A stretch of DNA of 52,938 nt from Eledone cirrhosa (Eukaryota): positions 1 through 52,938 of the forward strand of contig CAXHJY010001234.1 in the NCBI GenBank assembly GCA_964016885.1, read 5' to 3'. The notes beneath the pieces are model-generated. The model saw only the letters and a program-made list of their open reading frames with translations, was not told where the DNA came from and did no database searches. Made by a program: the position numbers and the translations under genes. Positions 25,407-38,517 of the stretch are shown here, one piece after another. Numbering within the stretch: position 1 is the first letter of the stretch; every line of letters starts with the position of its first letter.

Positions 25407-27090
25407 CATCATCATCATCATCTTCGTTTAACGTCCATTTTCCACGCTAGCATGGGTTAAACGCGAGTTGTCCCACTTGAGGCAAGGCTGGTCGGGTGAC
25501 CGTGTCTCGCTCATATAGGACTATCTGGCAGGTTTTCTACGGCTGGATGCCCTTCTTAACACCAACCACATTTACAGTGTGGAACTGGGAACTTTTTACC
25601 GTGTTACCTACACGGCCACATTACAGCGTGGACTATGTTTTTTTCTCGTGACACCAACACGATCTCGATCTCATTTATCTCATTTATTTGACTGGACGTT
25701 GTGGTACCAACTTTATAGAGAGGGGGTGGTGTTGGTGGGAGTGGGAGGATAGGGTAGGGGTAGTGGATTGGGGTGTGTATTTGGTTAAGAGGTTCCTACT
25801 GACTGTAGGTTTCGCTTTGTACATAGGCAACGCGGGTCTTCTGTATTACTGCATAGCACCAAAGATCTCGGTCCAGTGGCATTGTCTTAGAGAGGTGCAA
25901 GTGTGTAAGGTCGGAATTTATCAGATCGTCCCAGGTTTTTGTGGGTCTACTTACTCCGTAACTACCATCAATTTTGATCGCCCTGCACTTTTTTATACAG
26001 CTGTCGTCTTTCATGCGCATCACGTGGCCATACCAACGTAGTCTTCTCCCGAGTAAACAGCATCAGATCCCTCTTATTCCTAATTTCTCACTTAGTTCAT
26101 TTATGCTTTGCCGTTCACGTATATTACTATTACACATCCAACGGAGGATGCATGCTTCGTTCCTTTCCAGTCTACACAGGTCCTCTGCATGCAATGCCCA
26201 TGTCTCACTGCCATGTAACATTGCTGTTCGTATACAAGCATCATACAATCTGCCTTTCATTTTTAGAGAGAAACCTTTTGTGGCCAACAGTGGTATAAGC
26301 TCTCTGAACTTTTTCCATCCCGTTCTAACTCTGGCTACTGTATTTTCAGAACACCCTCCATCACTGCTGATTTCGTCACCCAGGTAACGGAAAGTGTCTA
26401 CTATTTCTATAGAACCATCTGGGCAATAGAAGGGGCTAGTATCCTGTGGACACTTGTTACCTATTTCACCTGAGCATCGGCCACATATAAAGTCTACGTT
26501 CTTAGATAGTTTACCTGTGATCCCACTACATCTTTTATGTACCCATACTTTGCATTTGGGACATAAAATTGAATTTCCACCTACTCCTTTCCTACACACT
26601 GAGCATGGCCATTACCCTGAGGGTACCTGTGCCTTATTTTCCTTTCTACAAACTAGGACTTTAGTCTTAGAAAAGTTAACTTTAAGGCCTTTTGATTCTA
26701 GGCCATGCTTCCATGTTTGGAATTTCTTTTCTAGTTCAGCAATTGATTCAGCTATGAGCGTTAGATCATCTGCGTATAGGTGTTCCCATGGGCAGCCGGT
26801 CTTGAACTTTTCTGTTATGGCCTGAAGGGCTATAATAAATAGGAGGGGGCTAAGGGCAGAGCCTTGGTGAACACCAACTTTTACTCTAAATTCTTCACAA
26901 TATTCATTGTTAATTCTAACCTTAATGACTGTTTCATTATACATAGCTTGCATAGCTCTCACAAACCATTCATCTACACTTAGTTTTCTAAGAGCCCACC
27001 AGATAATGGAGCGGGGCACTCTGTCAAAGGCTTTTTCCAGGTCTACAAAAGCTAAGTAGAGGGGTTTACTTTAGCTAGGTACTTCTCTTG
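25407..27090 (-). mobile_element. 5'-truncated RTE family C LINE
   Basis: VHQGSALSPLLF, LYADDL, CRK..CPKC..H..C, FRYLGD, HGSETW; long 3' UTR; (CAT)n at the left end. Confidence 0.92.
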
Positions 27091-27445
27091 AATATATATA
27101 TATGATATTATATATAATATATATATATAATATATATTATATATATATGTTATATAATATATATATATTATATTATATATATATGATATATTATATATAT
27201 ATAATATATATTATATTATATATATATAATATATATTATATATAAATAATATATATTATATATAATATATATTATATATAATATATATTATATATAATAT
27301 ATATAATATATATATATAATATATGTTATATAATATATATTATATATATATGTTATATAATATATATTATATATATATATAATATATATATATAATATAT
27401 ATTATATATATATGTTATATAATATATATTATATATATATATAAT

Positions 27446-27476
<31 letters not shown>

Positions 27477-27669
27477 GTTATATAATATATATTATATATA
27501 TATATTATATATATATATAATATATATATATAATATATATTATATATATATGTTATATATATATATAATATATATTATATATATATGTTATATAATATAT
27601 ATTATATATATTATATATATATGTTATATAATATATATTATATATATATATTATATATATATATATAAT

Positions 27670-27700
<31 letters not shown>

Positions 27701-28654
27701 GTTATATATATATATATATATGTTATATAATATATGTTATATAATATATATTATATAATATATATTATATATATATATATAATATATATATATAATATAT
27801 ATATATATAATATATATATATATAATATATATATATATAATATATATTATATATATATATATAATATATATTATATATATATATTATATATATATATTAT
27901 ATTATATATATATAATATATATTATATATATATATAATATATATATATATATATAATATATATATATATATTATATTATATATATATAATATATATATAT
28001 ATAATATATATATATATATAATATATATATATATATTATATATAATATATATATATATAATATATATAATATAAATATATATATATATATATTATATATA
28101 ATATATATATATTATATATAATATATATATAATATATATATATATATATTATATATAATATATATATATATAATATATATATATATAATATATATATATA
28201 TTATATATATATATATTATATATATATATTATATTATATTATATTATATATATATATTATATTATATATATATATTATATTATATATATATATATATTAT
28301 ATTATATATATATATATATTATATATATATATATATTATATTATATTATATATAATATATATATAATATATATATTATATATATATATTATATTATATTA
28401 TATATATATATATAATATATATATTATATATATATATTATATATATATATATAATATATATATATATATTATATTATATTATATATAATATATATATATA
28501 TATTATATATATATATTGTATTATATTATATATATATATAATATATATTATATATATATATATATATTATATATATATATTATATTATATATAATATATA
28601 TATAATATATATATATAATATTATATTATATATATAATATATATATATTATATA
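27091..28654. repeat. ~1.5-kb interrupted (TA)n array
   Basis: Almost pure A/T with TAA/TTA interruptions. Confidence 0.97.
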
Positions 28655-28965
28655 TCATCATCATCATCAACATTTAACGTCCGTGTTCCACGCTTGCATG
28701 GGTTTGGACGGGGGTAGTCCCACTTGAGGCAAGAGTGATTGTCTTGCTCGCATAGGACTGTCTGGCAGGTTTTCTACAGTTGGATGCCCTTCCTAACACC
28801 AACCACATTTACAGTGTGGGTCTGGGAGGTTTTTACCGTGTTGCCTACACGGCCACATTACAGCGTGGACTGTGTGTTTTTTTGTCGTGACACCTACACG
28901 ATCTCATTTGTTTCGGCCTGGATGGCGCGGCACCAACATAACTTTACATAGAACGGGGTGGTGTG
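28655..28965 (-). mobile_element. 3'-UTR-only copy of RTE family C
   Basis: Near-identical reverse complement of ~46265-46556; (CAT)n tail. Confidence 0.9.
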
Positions 28966-29130
28966 GATATATATATATATTATATATATATATATATTAT
29001 ATATATATATATATATTATATATATATATATATTATATTATATTATATTATACATAATATATATATATATATTATGTTATAAATTATATTATATTATATA
29101 TATATATTATATTATATATATAATATATAT

Positions 29131-29165
<35 letters not shown>

Positions 29166-29166
29166 T

Positions 29167-30597
29167 ATCATCATCATCATTTTACGTCCGCTTTACCCTG
29201 CTTGCAAGGGTGGAATGGGTCTTATTCAGCACAGCATCTCTCCACTCGTCACGGTCCTTCGTCATCTCCACCGTGAGCTTCAATGATCTGAGGTCTGTTC
29301 TCACCACCTCCGCCCATGTTTTTCGTGATCTACCTCTCCCACGTCTTCCCTCAACTGGCATCTCCTGGCACTTCTTCACCCATCGGTCATCCTCCATGCG
29401 CATCACATGTCCATACCACCTCAGTCTCCTCTCCCGTCCACTGCATTCTATCCCTCTCTGACACAGTTTCTCTCTCAACACATTTATGCTGGGTCGTTCA
29501 CGCACATTTACACTGCACATCCAACGGAGCAGGCTTGCATCATTTCTCTCCAGCCGTCGCATGTCCTCTGCAGTTGCTGCCCATGTCTCACTACCATGCA
29601 GCATCGTGCTCCTCACATAGGCATCATACAACCGGCCATTCGTACGCAGGGAGAAACCCTTCTTCGTCAACAGAGGAAGCAGCTCCCTAAACTTCTTCCA
29701 AACCCTCATTCTGGATACTATGGCCTCGGAACACCCTCCTCCCATGCTAATCTGATCTCCTAGGTACCGGAAGCTATCCACCACTTCTATAGCACCCTCC
29801 TGAATTTGAAAAATGTGTCTATCAATGCGACTTCTACTGTCTAATTTCCCTGTACATCTATTGCATACATATTTCTCCCTACCTGTTAGTTTGCCTGCTA
29901 TCCCGCTACATCTCTTGTGTACCCAGGATCTGCATTGTGTGCATTTTATAGAATTTATGCCAGTTCCTTTTCTGCATATCGAACATGGCCATTTCCCTGA
30001 CGGAATCAGGGTTTTGTCCTCTTTTCTACTCATGAACACCTTTTGTCTTAGCTAGGTTCACTCTCAGTCCTCTTACTTCCAACTGCTGTTTCCATAGCCA
30101 GAATTTATTCTCTAGCTCCTCTACTGATTCTGCTATAAGAACCAGATCATCACCATAGAGAAGTTTCCATGGACAGCCAGTCTTAAACTCCTCTGTTATG
30201 GCTTGGAGGACTATAATGAACAAGAGCAGGCTGAGGACTGAACCTTGATGTACTACTTCTATCTGGAATTCCTCACTAAACTCTATTCCTACCCTGACTT
30301 TACTGAAAGTACCTCTGTACAAAGTTTGCACTGTCCTCACAAGCCATTCCTCAACACCTAGCTTCCTTAGGGACCACCAGATGATAGATCGGAGTACTCT
30401 ATCAAAGGCCTTCTCTAGGTCAACAAAGGCTAAGTATAGTGGCTTATTCTTCTCTAAGAACCTCTCTTGCAATTGTCTCACCAAGAAGAGGGCATCTGTT
30501 GTACTCTTCCCAGGCACAAAACCAAACTGCATCTCAAGTAGTTTGACCCTTTCTCTAATTAGTTGTGCTAAAATCCTTTCTGCCACTTTCATAACCT
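29167..30597 (-). mobile_element. 5'-truncated RTE family D LINE (ORF runs into the tail)
   Basis: QFGFVPG, FVDLEKAFDRV, HQGSVLS, YGDDL, Cys cluster, RLRWYGHVMR; stop codon directly before (GAT)n. Confidence 0.93.
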
Positions 30598-30830
30598 AAT
30601 ATATATATATAATATATATATAATATATAATATATATATATAATATATAATATATATATATAATATATATATATATAATATATATATATATTATATATAT
30701 AATATATGATATATATAATATATATATATATTATATATATAATATATGATATATATAATATATATATATATTATATATATAATATATGATATATATAATA
30801 TATATATATATATTATATATATAATATATG

Positions 30831-30870
<40 letters not shown>

Positions 30871-30920
30871 TATATATATAATATATATTATATATATAAT
30901 ATATTATATATATAATATAT

Positions 30921-30964
<44 letters not shown>

Positions 30965-31182
30965 ATATAATATATATAATATATATATAATATATATATA
31001 TATAATTTATATATAATATATATATAATATATATATAATATATATATAATATATATATATAATATATATATATAATATATATATAATATATATATATAAT
31101 ATATATATAATATATATATAATATATATATAATATATATATATAATATATATATAATATATATATATATAATATATATATAT

Positions 31183-31243
<61 letters not shown>

Positions 31244-31449
31244 ATATATATATAATATATATATATAATATATATATAATATATATATATAATATATATA
31301 TATAATATATATATATATAATATATATATATATAATATATATAATATATATATATAATATATATAATATATATATATAATATATATATAATATATATATA
31401 TAATATATATATATATAATATATATATATAATATATATATATAATATAT
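30598..31449. repeat. Interrupted (TA)n array with a 40-bp higher-order unit near 30680-30845
   Basis: Single G residues at 30708, 30748, 30788 and 30830. Confidence 0.95.
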
Positions 31450-32004
31450 ATCTATCTATCTCTATCTAAGGCGGGTAAAATTCCCGAGATCCATGGACGA
31501 GTTCTCTCCAGCAGTCTCTCTCCCTCATTATCGCTGCCATATCCTGCATCTCCAACAGACCAGTGTCTGTCCTTAGGGCATCAACATATGTTAACCTTGG
31601 TCTTCCTCTTCTAGTGTGTCCATGTAGGGGCTCCCAAAGGAGCACTGAGTGCAATGTCAACTCTGGATGTCGGTGAGCATGTCCAGCCAACCTCAGTCTT
31701 CTCTGTGTCACTTTTGAGCTGACTTTTGGGATGCTCCCATACAGCTCTGAGTTTTTCATCCTCAGTGTATACTGATTAATGTTCAGAGCCATCCTCAGCA
31801 TTCTTGTGTAGCACCCATCCACCATCTGAGTGAGTCTCTTGGTCAGTGTCCAAGTCTCAGACCCACACAGCAGCACAGACTCCACTACAGCAATGAAGAG
31901 GCGGACCTTCAGGTCTCTACGAAGGTCCGACTTCCACACCGATCCCAAGCTGTGACACGCCGCCCAGGCCTTGCTCTTCCTCTCAACCACATCATCTTCC
32001 GTAT
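31450..32004 (-). mobile_element. 5'-truncated RTE family A copy
   Basis: Near-identical to 5462-6010; (TCTA)n tail abutting (TA)n. Confidence 0.95.
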
Positions 32005-32387
32005 CGGGTTGTTGGTTGGGTGAGTGGATGGTTGGCCGAGTGGTTAGCTGGTTGACCGGGTGGTTGGTTGACCTGGTGGATGGTTGGATATATTATATAT
32101 ATTATATATATATATATATTATATATATATTATATATATATATATGTATATATATTATATATATATATTATATATATATAATATATATATATAATATATA
32201 TATATAATATATATATATAATATATATATATAATATATATATATAATATATATATATAATATATATATATAATATATATATATAATATATATAATATATA
32301 TATATAATATATATATAATATATATATAATATATATATAATAAATATATATATATAATATATATAATATATAATATATAATATATAA

Positions 32388-32434
<47 letters not shown>

Positions 32435-32470
32435 TATATAATATATATATATAATATATATATATATATA

Positions 32471-32990
32471 ATTGGGAATCAGTAAAATCGAATCTCTGGC
32501 GGTTTGCAAGTAATTCAGCCTACTTATATGAAGTGATGGGTTAGCGAAGCACTCAATAAGATAGGTCTCAGAGTTATAACATACGTTTAAATAGCTTGAC
32601 AAATCGGACATTGTGGTAGGCTAAACTAACACACAATACATACCAAAGTAACGAAGAAACTAATCAGGTTGAGAAAAATAGACCTGGACAAATCAGACGA
32701 ACGTTTGAAATGTTTCTCTGACTCCGAAATCAAATATCAGACTTACTTTAGTGGCAAGTTCATGGTATTGGTGACTGAACAGAGGAATCAGTTTATCAGC
32801 AGGTTTTCGTTCTGGTTAGGATCGGGAGTGATAAAATATGTTGCTGCTCTCACGGCTGCTAATCGTATCTATATTTATCACGTGTTAATTCCGGCAAGGG
32901 AAATAACCCCTGGTTTTTGGCGGGTCATTCAAATGCTAGCAAATGGAAATATTTAAATTTCCGCTAATCATCATGATAAGCTCTCGACTA

Positions 32991-32992
<2 letters not shown>
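32471..32992. other. Unclassified CpG-containing non-repetitive island between (TA)n arrays
   Basis: Mixed-composition ~520 bp; no TIR, tail or recognisable protein motif seen. Confidence 0.4.
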
Positions 32993-33048
<56 letters not shown>

Positions 33049-33476
33049 TAATATATATAATATATATATAATATATATATAATATATAATATATATATAT
33101 AATATATATAATATATATATATAATATATATATATATAATATATAATATATATATATAATATATATATAATATATAATATATATATAATATATAATATAT
33201 ATATAATATATATAATATATATATATATAATATATATATAATATATATAATATATATAATATATATATAATATATATAATATATATATAATATATATATA
33301 TAATATATATATATATAATATATATATATATAATATATATAATATATATATATAATATATATATAATATATATATATAATATATATATATAATATATATA
33401 ATATATATATAATATAATATATATATATAATATATATATAATATATATAATATATATATAATATATATAATATAAT

Positions 33477-33508
<32 letters not shown>

Positions 33509-33514
33509 ATATAT

Positions 33515-33557
<43 letters not shown>

Positions 33558-33586
33558 ATATATAATATAATATATATAATCTATAT

Positions 33587-33629
<43 letters not shown>

Positions 33630-33656
33630 TAAATATATATATATATAATATATATA

Positions 33657-33697
<41 letters not shown>

Positions 33698-33864
33698 TAA
33701 TATATATAATATATATATATATATATATAATATATATAATATATATATATATAATATATATAATATATATAATATATATATATATATATATAATATATAT
33801 AATATATATAATATATATATATATATATATAATATATATAATATATATAATATATATATATAAT

Positions 33865-33907
<43 letters not shown>

Positions 33908-33962
33908 TATAATATATAATATATATATAATATATATATATATAATATATATATATATATAT
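32993..33962. repeat. Interrupted (TA)n array
   Basis: Direct inspection. Confidence 0.97.
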
Positions 33963-35506
33963 AGCGGTGTACTACCCAGGGAGCTGAAGAAGGCACAATA
34001 TGCCCTATCCATAAAGGAGGTAGTAGAGCGGAGGCCAAGAACTATAGGCCAGTCTCCCTGACGTCGCATATCAGTAAGGTCATGGAGCGAGTCGTCAGAA
34101 AGAAACTAATCACTTTCCTCGAAGAAAATGACTGCCGGACTAGCACGCAACATGGCTTCCGCCCAGGAAGAAGCTGCCTTACACAGCTGCTACATCACTA
34201 CGACTGGGTACTGAGACAGCTACTAGACAGCTCACATGCGGACGTGATATATCTTGACTTTGCGAAGGCCTTTGACAAGGTCGACCACGGAATGATATGT
34301 CACAAACTACACGGACTCGGCATAACTGGAAAAGTAGGTGAGTGGCAGCATGGCTTCCTAAGGGACAGAAGCCAGGCAGTCGCAGCAAATGGGGCCCTCT
34401 CGAGGGAAACACCGATAACAAGTGGGGTGCCCCAGGGGACAGTCCTGGGACCACTACTGTTTTTGGTGGCTCTCTCGGACATGCCCTCTATGGTGTATGC
34501 AACAACATCCCTCACTAGCTATGCTGATGACACTAAGGTAGCACAGGCAATCAAAAACCCAGCTGACGCTGCCCTTTTACAGCAGGATCTGGATGCCATA
34601 TACAGATGGGCGGAAGAAAACAACATGCAGTTTAATGCTGGCAAATTCCAAGCCCTACAATACAAACCTGCAAACACAAATATAGTGGAACACAGCTACA
34701 CAGGACCAGGAGGGACCGATATCCCCGTGTCAAAATCGATACAAGGCCTGGCATAGACATGAGCGATGATGCATCTTTTTCTTCACACATCATGAAAGTG
34801 GCGACAATATGCAGACGACTCGCTGGCTGGATCTTGAGGACTTTCCGGACAAGAGATCGAGACACCATGTTGACACTGTGGAGGACTTTTGTCCTTAGCC
34901 GCCTGGACTACTGCTCCCAGTTGTGGTCACCCCATAGTGTCAAACTAACCACGGAGCTTGAGGCAATCCAGCGAAGCTACACCAAGAGGATTGCCAAGAT
35001 GAGGGAGACAAGCTACTGGTAGAGGCTAAAGGAACTGAACCTCTACTCCTTGGAGCGAAGACGGGAGAGTTACGCAGTGATCTACATGTGGAAAATCCTG
35101 GAGGGACTAGCACCAAACTTTGGCATTGGGAGCTGGACCAACCGTCGAACAGGACGTCACTGTGTGGTGCCAAAGGTCCCGTCTTCCACATCTAGAATAA
35201 GGAGCAGGTATTGCAATAGCCTGGGATTCAAGGGCCCTCAACTCTTCAACAGGCTGCCGAGGCATCTGAGAGACTTGCATGACGTGGAGGTGGATGTCTT
35301 TAAGAAACATCTCGACACCTTGTTATCCAGGATCCCGGAGGAGCCCACAGCATGACACGAGGGAAACCTAAGGGCAGCAGCAACAAACTCCCTCTTACAC
35401 CAGTGGCCAAACTATACAGGCTGGAGATAAAATGTGTAGCAACAAGGGCGGTGCCCCAGCATGGCCTCAGCCGGATGGCTGAAACAGGTAAAAGAGTAAA
35501 AGAGTA
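33963..35506 (+). mobile_element. 5'-truncated CR1-group LINE (RT and C-terminal region, with frameshifts and stops)
   Basis: NYRPVSLTS, QHGFRPGRSCLTQLL, YLDFAKAFDKVDH, SGVPQGTVLGPLLF, YADDTK, SRLDYCSQLWSP, LERRR; 3' hairpin TCAGCC-GGAT-GGCTGA and (GTAAAAGA)n tail. Confidence 0.9.
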
Positions 35507-35596
35507 TAATATATATATATATATGCCTGCGTATATGCGTATATTTATTGAGTACCTATTTACTTGTATGTGTATATATTTGTTTGTATATGTGTA

Positions 35597-35670
<74 letters not shown>

Positions 35671-35740
35671 TGTGTGTATATGTGTTTTATGTGTGTATAT
35701 TTATGTATGTATATGTTTGTATATGTTTGTGTATATGTAT

Positions 35741-35778
<38 letters not shown>

Positions 35779-35917
35779 GTGTATGTATGTGTGTATGTAT
35801 GTGTGTGTATGTATGTATGTATATATGTGTATGTATGTATGTATGTTTATGTATATGTATGTGTATGTGTGTATGTATGTATGTGTGTGTATATGTGTAT
35901 ATATATGTGTATATGTA

Positions 35918-35958
<41 letters not shown>

Positions 35959-36108
35959 ATGTATATATTTATATATATATGTATATGTGTATATGTATGT
36001 ATGTGTGTATATATGTGTGTATATATATATATATATCTATATATTTATATATGTATATATATATATATGTATATGTATGTGTGTGTGTGTATGTATGTAT
36101 GCGTGTGC

Positions 36109-36190
<82 letters not shown>

Positions 36191-36210
36191 GTATATGGTT
36201 GTGTGGGCAG

Positions 36211-36254
<44 letters not shown>

Positions 36255-36327
36255 ATATTTGTATTTGTATGTATATATGTATATGTGTGTTTGTGTGTGT
36301 GTGTATATGTATGTATATGTATGTGAG

Positions 36328-36391
<64 letters not shown>

Positions 36392-36404
36392 ATGTGTATG
36401 TGTG

Positions 36405-36447
<43 letters not shown>

Positions 36448-36458
36448 ATATATATGTG

Positions 36459-36489
<31 letters not shown>

Positions 36490-36624
36490 ATGTGTGTATA
36501 TGTGTGTGTGTATATATATGTGTCTGTGTATGTGTATGTGTGTATGTATGTATATATGTGTGTGTATATGTGTGTGTATATATATATATATGTGTGTGTA
36601 TATGTATGTATTTATATATATATG

Positions 36625-36660
<36 letters not shown>

Positions 36661-36897
36661 TGTATTTATATATATGTATATATATATATATGTATGTGTA
36701 TATATATATATATATATGTGCGTGAGAGAGAGAGTGTGTATATATATTTTGTGTGTGGGTGTGTGTATGTGTGTATGCGCGTGTGTGTATATATATATAT
36801 ATATGTGTGTGTGTATATATGCGTTATATGACTGTATATATATGTGTATATTTATGTATAGGTCTGTGTATGTATGTGTATGTTTTTATATGTATGG

Positions 36898-36945
<48 letters not shown>

Positions 36946-36990
36946 ATATGTATATACATGTCGGGTATATACATGTCGTGTATATGTATA
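35507..36990. repeat. Compound (TA)/(TG)/(TGTA)n microsatellite
   Basis: Direct inspection. Confidence 0.95.
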
Positions 36991-37545
36991 TCATGGTCGG
37001 GTCGTTGGCGACTAAACTGGCAACCCCACCAAGGTTTCTTGGTGAGGAGGGTGACTTTGGACATCCTGCAGGACTAAAAACAAAACCTGTCAAAGGGCAA
37101 GGGAGCTCTTAAGAATCAATAGCCATCCAAAATCACCGGGAGAGATGACCCCTTAGCCTTTGTCAAGGCAGAATTCTAGGAGAAGGAAAACTCTGATATA
37201 ACACCTGCAATCCTGATGGTATCCAATGATGTTGACCTGTTCTTCTTTTTGGTAAATATCATCTTGGTTAAGAGAGTGGGACTGGCTTTGTGCAGTGCCT
37301 TTGCTCACTATAAAAGCTTCACAGCACAGGCATTGCTTTATATCTGGAGATCTCTCTGCACTTGTCATCACATGGTACCATGGGCCCTGCACTATGTGTC
37401 AATAATGGTCACAAGTGTAGTCTTTGTACCAGAGTTTTCAAGTCGCTGGCTGGACTAAAGTCACATTCGTTCAGCGCATCGGTAGGGGTTCTCCTACATG
37501 GATATAAAGTAGTGGCCGTACTCGAAAACGAGTTGGCAGCCACCA
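36991..37545 (+). mobile_element. Short RTE-BovB-like element: leader-like segment joined to a 3' end with a C2H2 motif
   Basis: HKCSLCTRVFKSLAGLKSH near the right end; the left part has hairpin CACCAAG-GTTT-CTTGGTG and GGAGAAGGAAAACTCTGA; microsatellite on both flanks. Confidence 0.5.
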
Positions 37546-37960
37546 TATATATGTATATGTATATGTGTGTATATGTGTGTGTGTATAGATATTTATACAT
37601 ATGTATACTCGTGTTTGTATGTATGCGTGTGAGTGTATTTATTTGTGTATATATGTGTGTGTGTGTGTATGTATGTGTATGTGTGTGTGTATATATATAT
37701 ATATATGTGTGTGTGTGTATATATGTGTGTATATGTATTGTATGTGTATGTATGTATGTATGTGTGTATGTATGTGTGTGTACATGAATATATATTTATA
37801 TATTTTTTTTTTATATATATGTGTGTGTGTTTTTATGTGTGTATATGTGTTTGTGTGTGTGTTTATGGTTGCGCGTAAGTGTGTGAGTGAGTATGTGTGT
37901 TTTTTTGTTTTTTTATGTGTGTTTTTTTGTTTTTTTGTGAATGTGTCTGCTGATTTTTGG
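37546..37960. repeat. Compound (TG)/(TA)n microsatellite
   Basis: Direct inspection. Confidence 0.9.
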
Positions 37961-37969
37961 CATATAGTT

Positions 37970-38452
37970 GATTAGTTTAAGAAAAGTTCGAAGATAATAC
38001 TAAGATATGCACTCAGTATTTTGAATCTGTCTGCAGAATTCTCTAGACCTTTGTCACTTAGTAGAACCTTAATGACTTTAGCTTTTAAAGAATCTCCCCT
38101 TTCTTTAATTCTATCGACCATGACTGACCCCCACTGATTTTATAGACATCTGTTAGCTTAAGAGAAACTTATTGACAAGGAATGGTATGCCATCCGGAAC
38201 CTGTTTATAGAATTCTGTCTGCCTTTGTTACTCTAAAAACATAAATAAATATAAATAAAAATAAAATTAACTATAGCTTTGTAGAATTAGCTTTTAATGA
38301 ATTCCTTTTCTATCAACCAATGACCTGCACCCATCCCACTACCCACCCTCTCCTACCACTTGTAGAGACCTATAAATACCATATTTATTTTTGATACCCA
38401 GATTCCTGATGATTTCTAATGAATGAAACAGTTCTAGTCCTGTAGAATCTCA

Positions 38453-38455
<3 letters not shown>
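37970..38455 (+). mobile_element. Penelope-like element fragment (pLTR-like) ending in a hammerhead
   Basis: TATA-like TATAAATA at 38371-38378 just upstream of the hammerhead; decayed ORF-like sequence on the opposite strand at ~37975-38235; abuts (TA)n. Confidence 0.5.
38400..38450 (+). ncRNA. Type I hammerhead ribozyme (GUA cleavage triplet)
   Basis: AGATTC-CTGATGA-TTTC-TAAT-GAAT-GAA-ACAG-TTCTAGTC-CTGT-A-GAATCT: stem I 6 bp, intact core, stem II 3 bp plus U-U, stem III 4 bp. Confidence 0.8.

Positions 38456-38514
<59 letters not shown>

Positions 38515-38517
<3 letters not shown>

Noticed and set aside
32700-32745. Minus-strand CTGATA-hairpin-GAAAC hammerhead-like motif
   Set aside because: The core is one base short and stems I and III do not pair.
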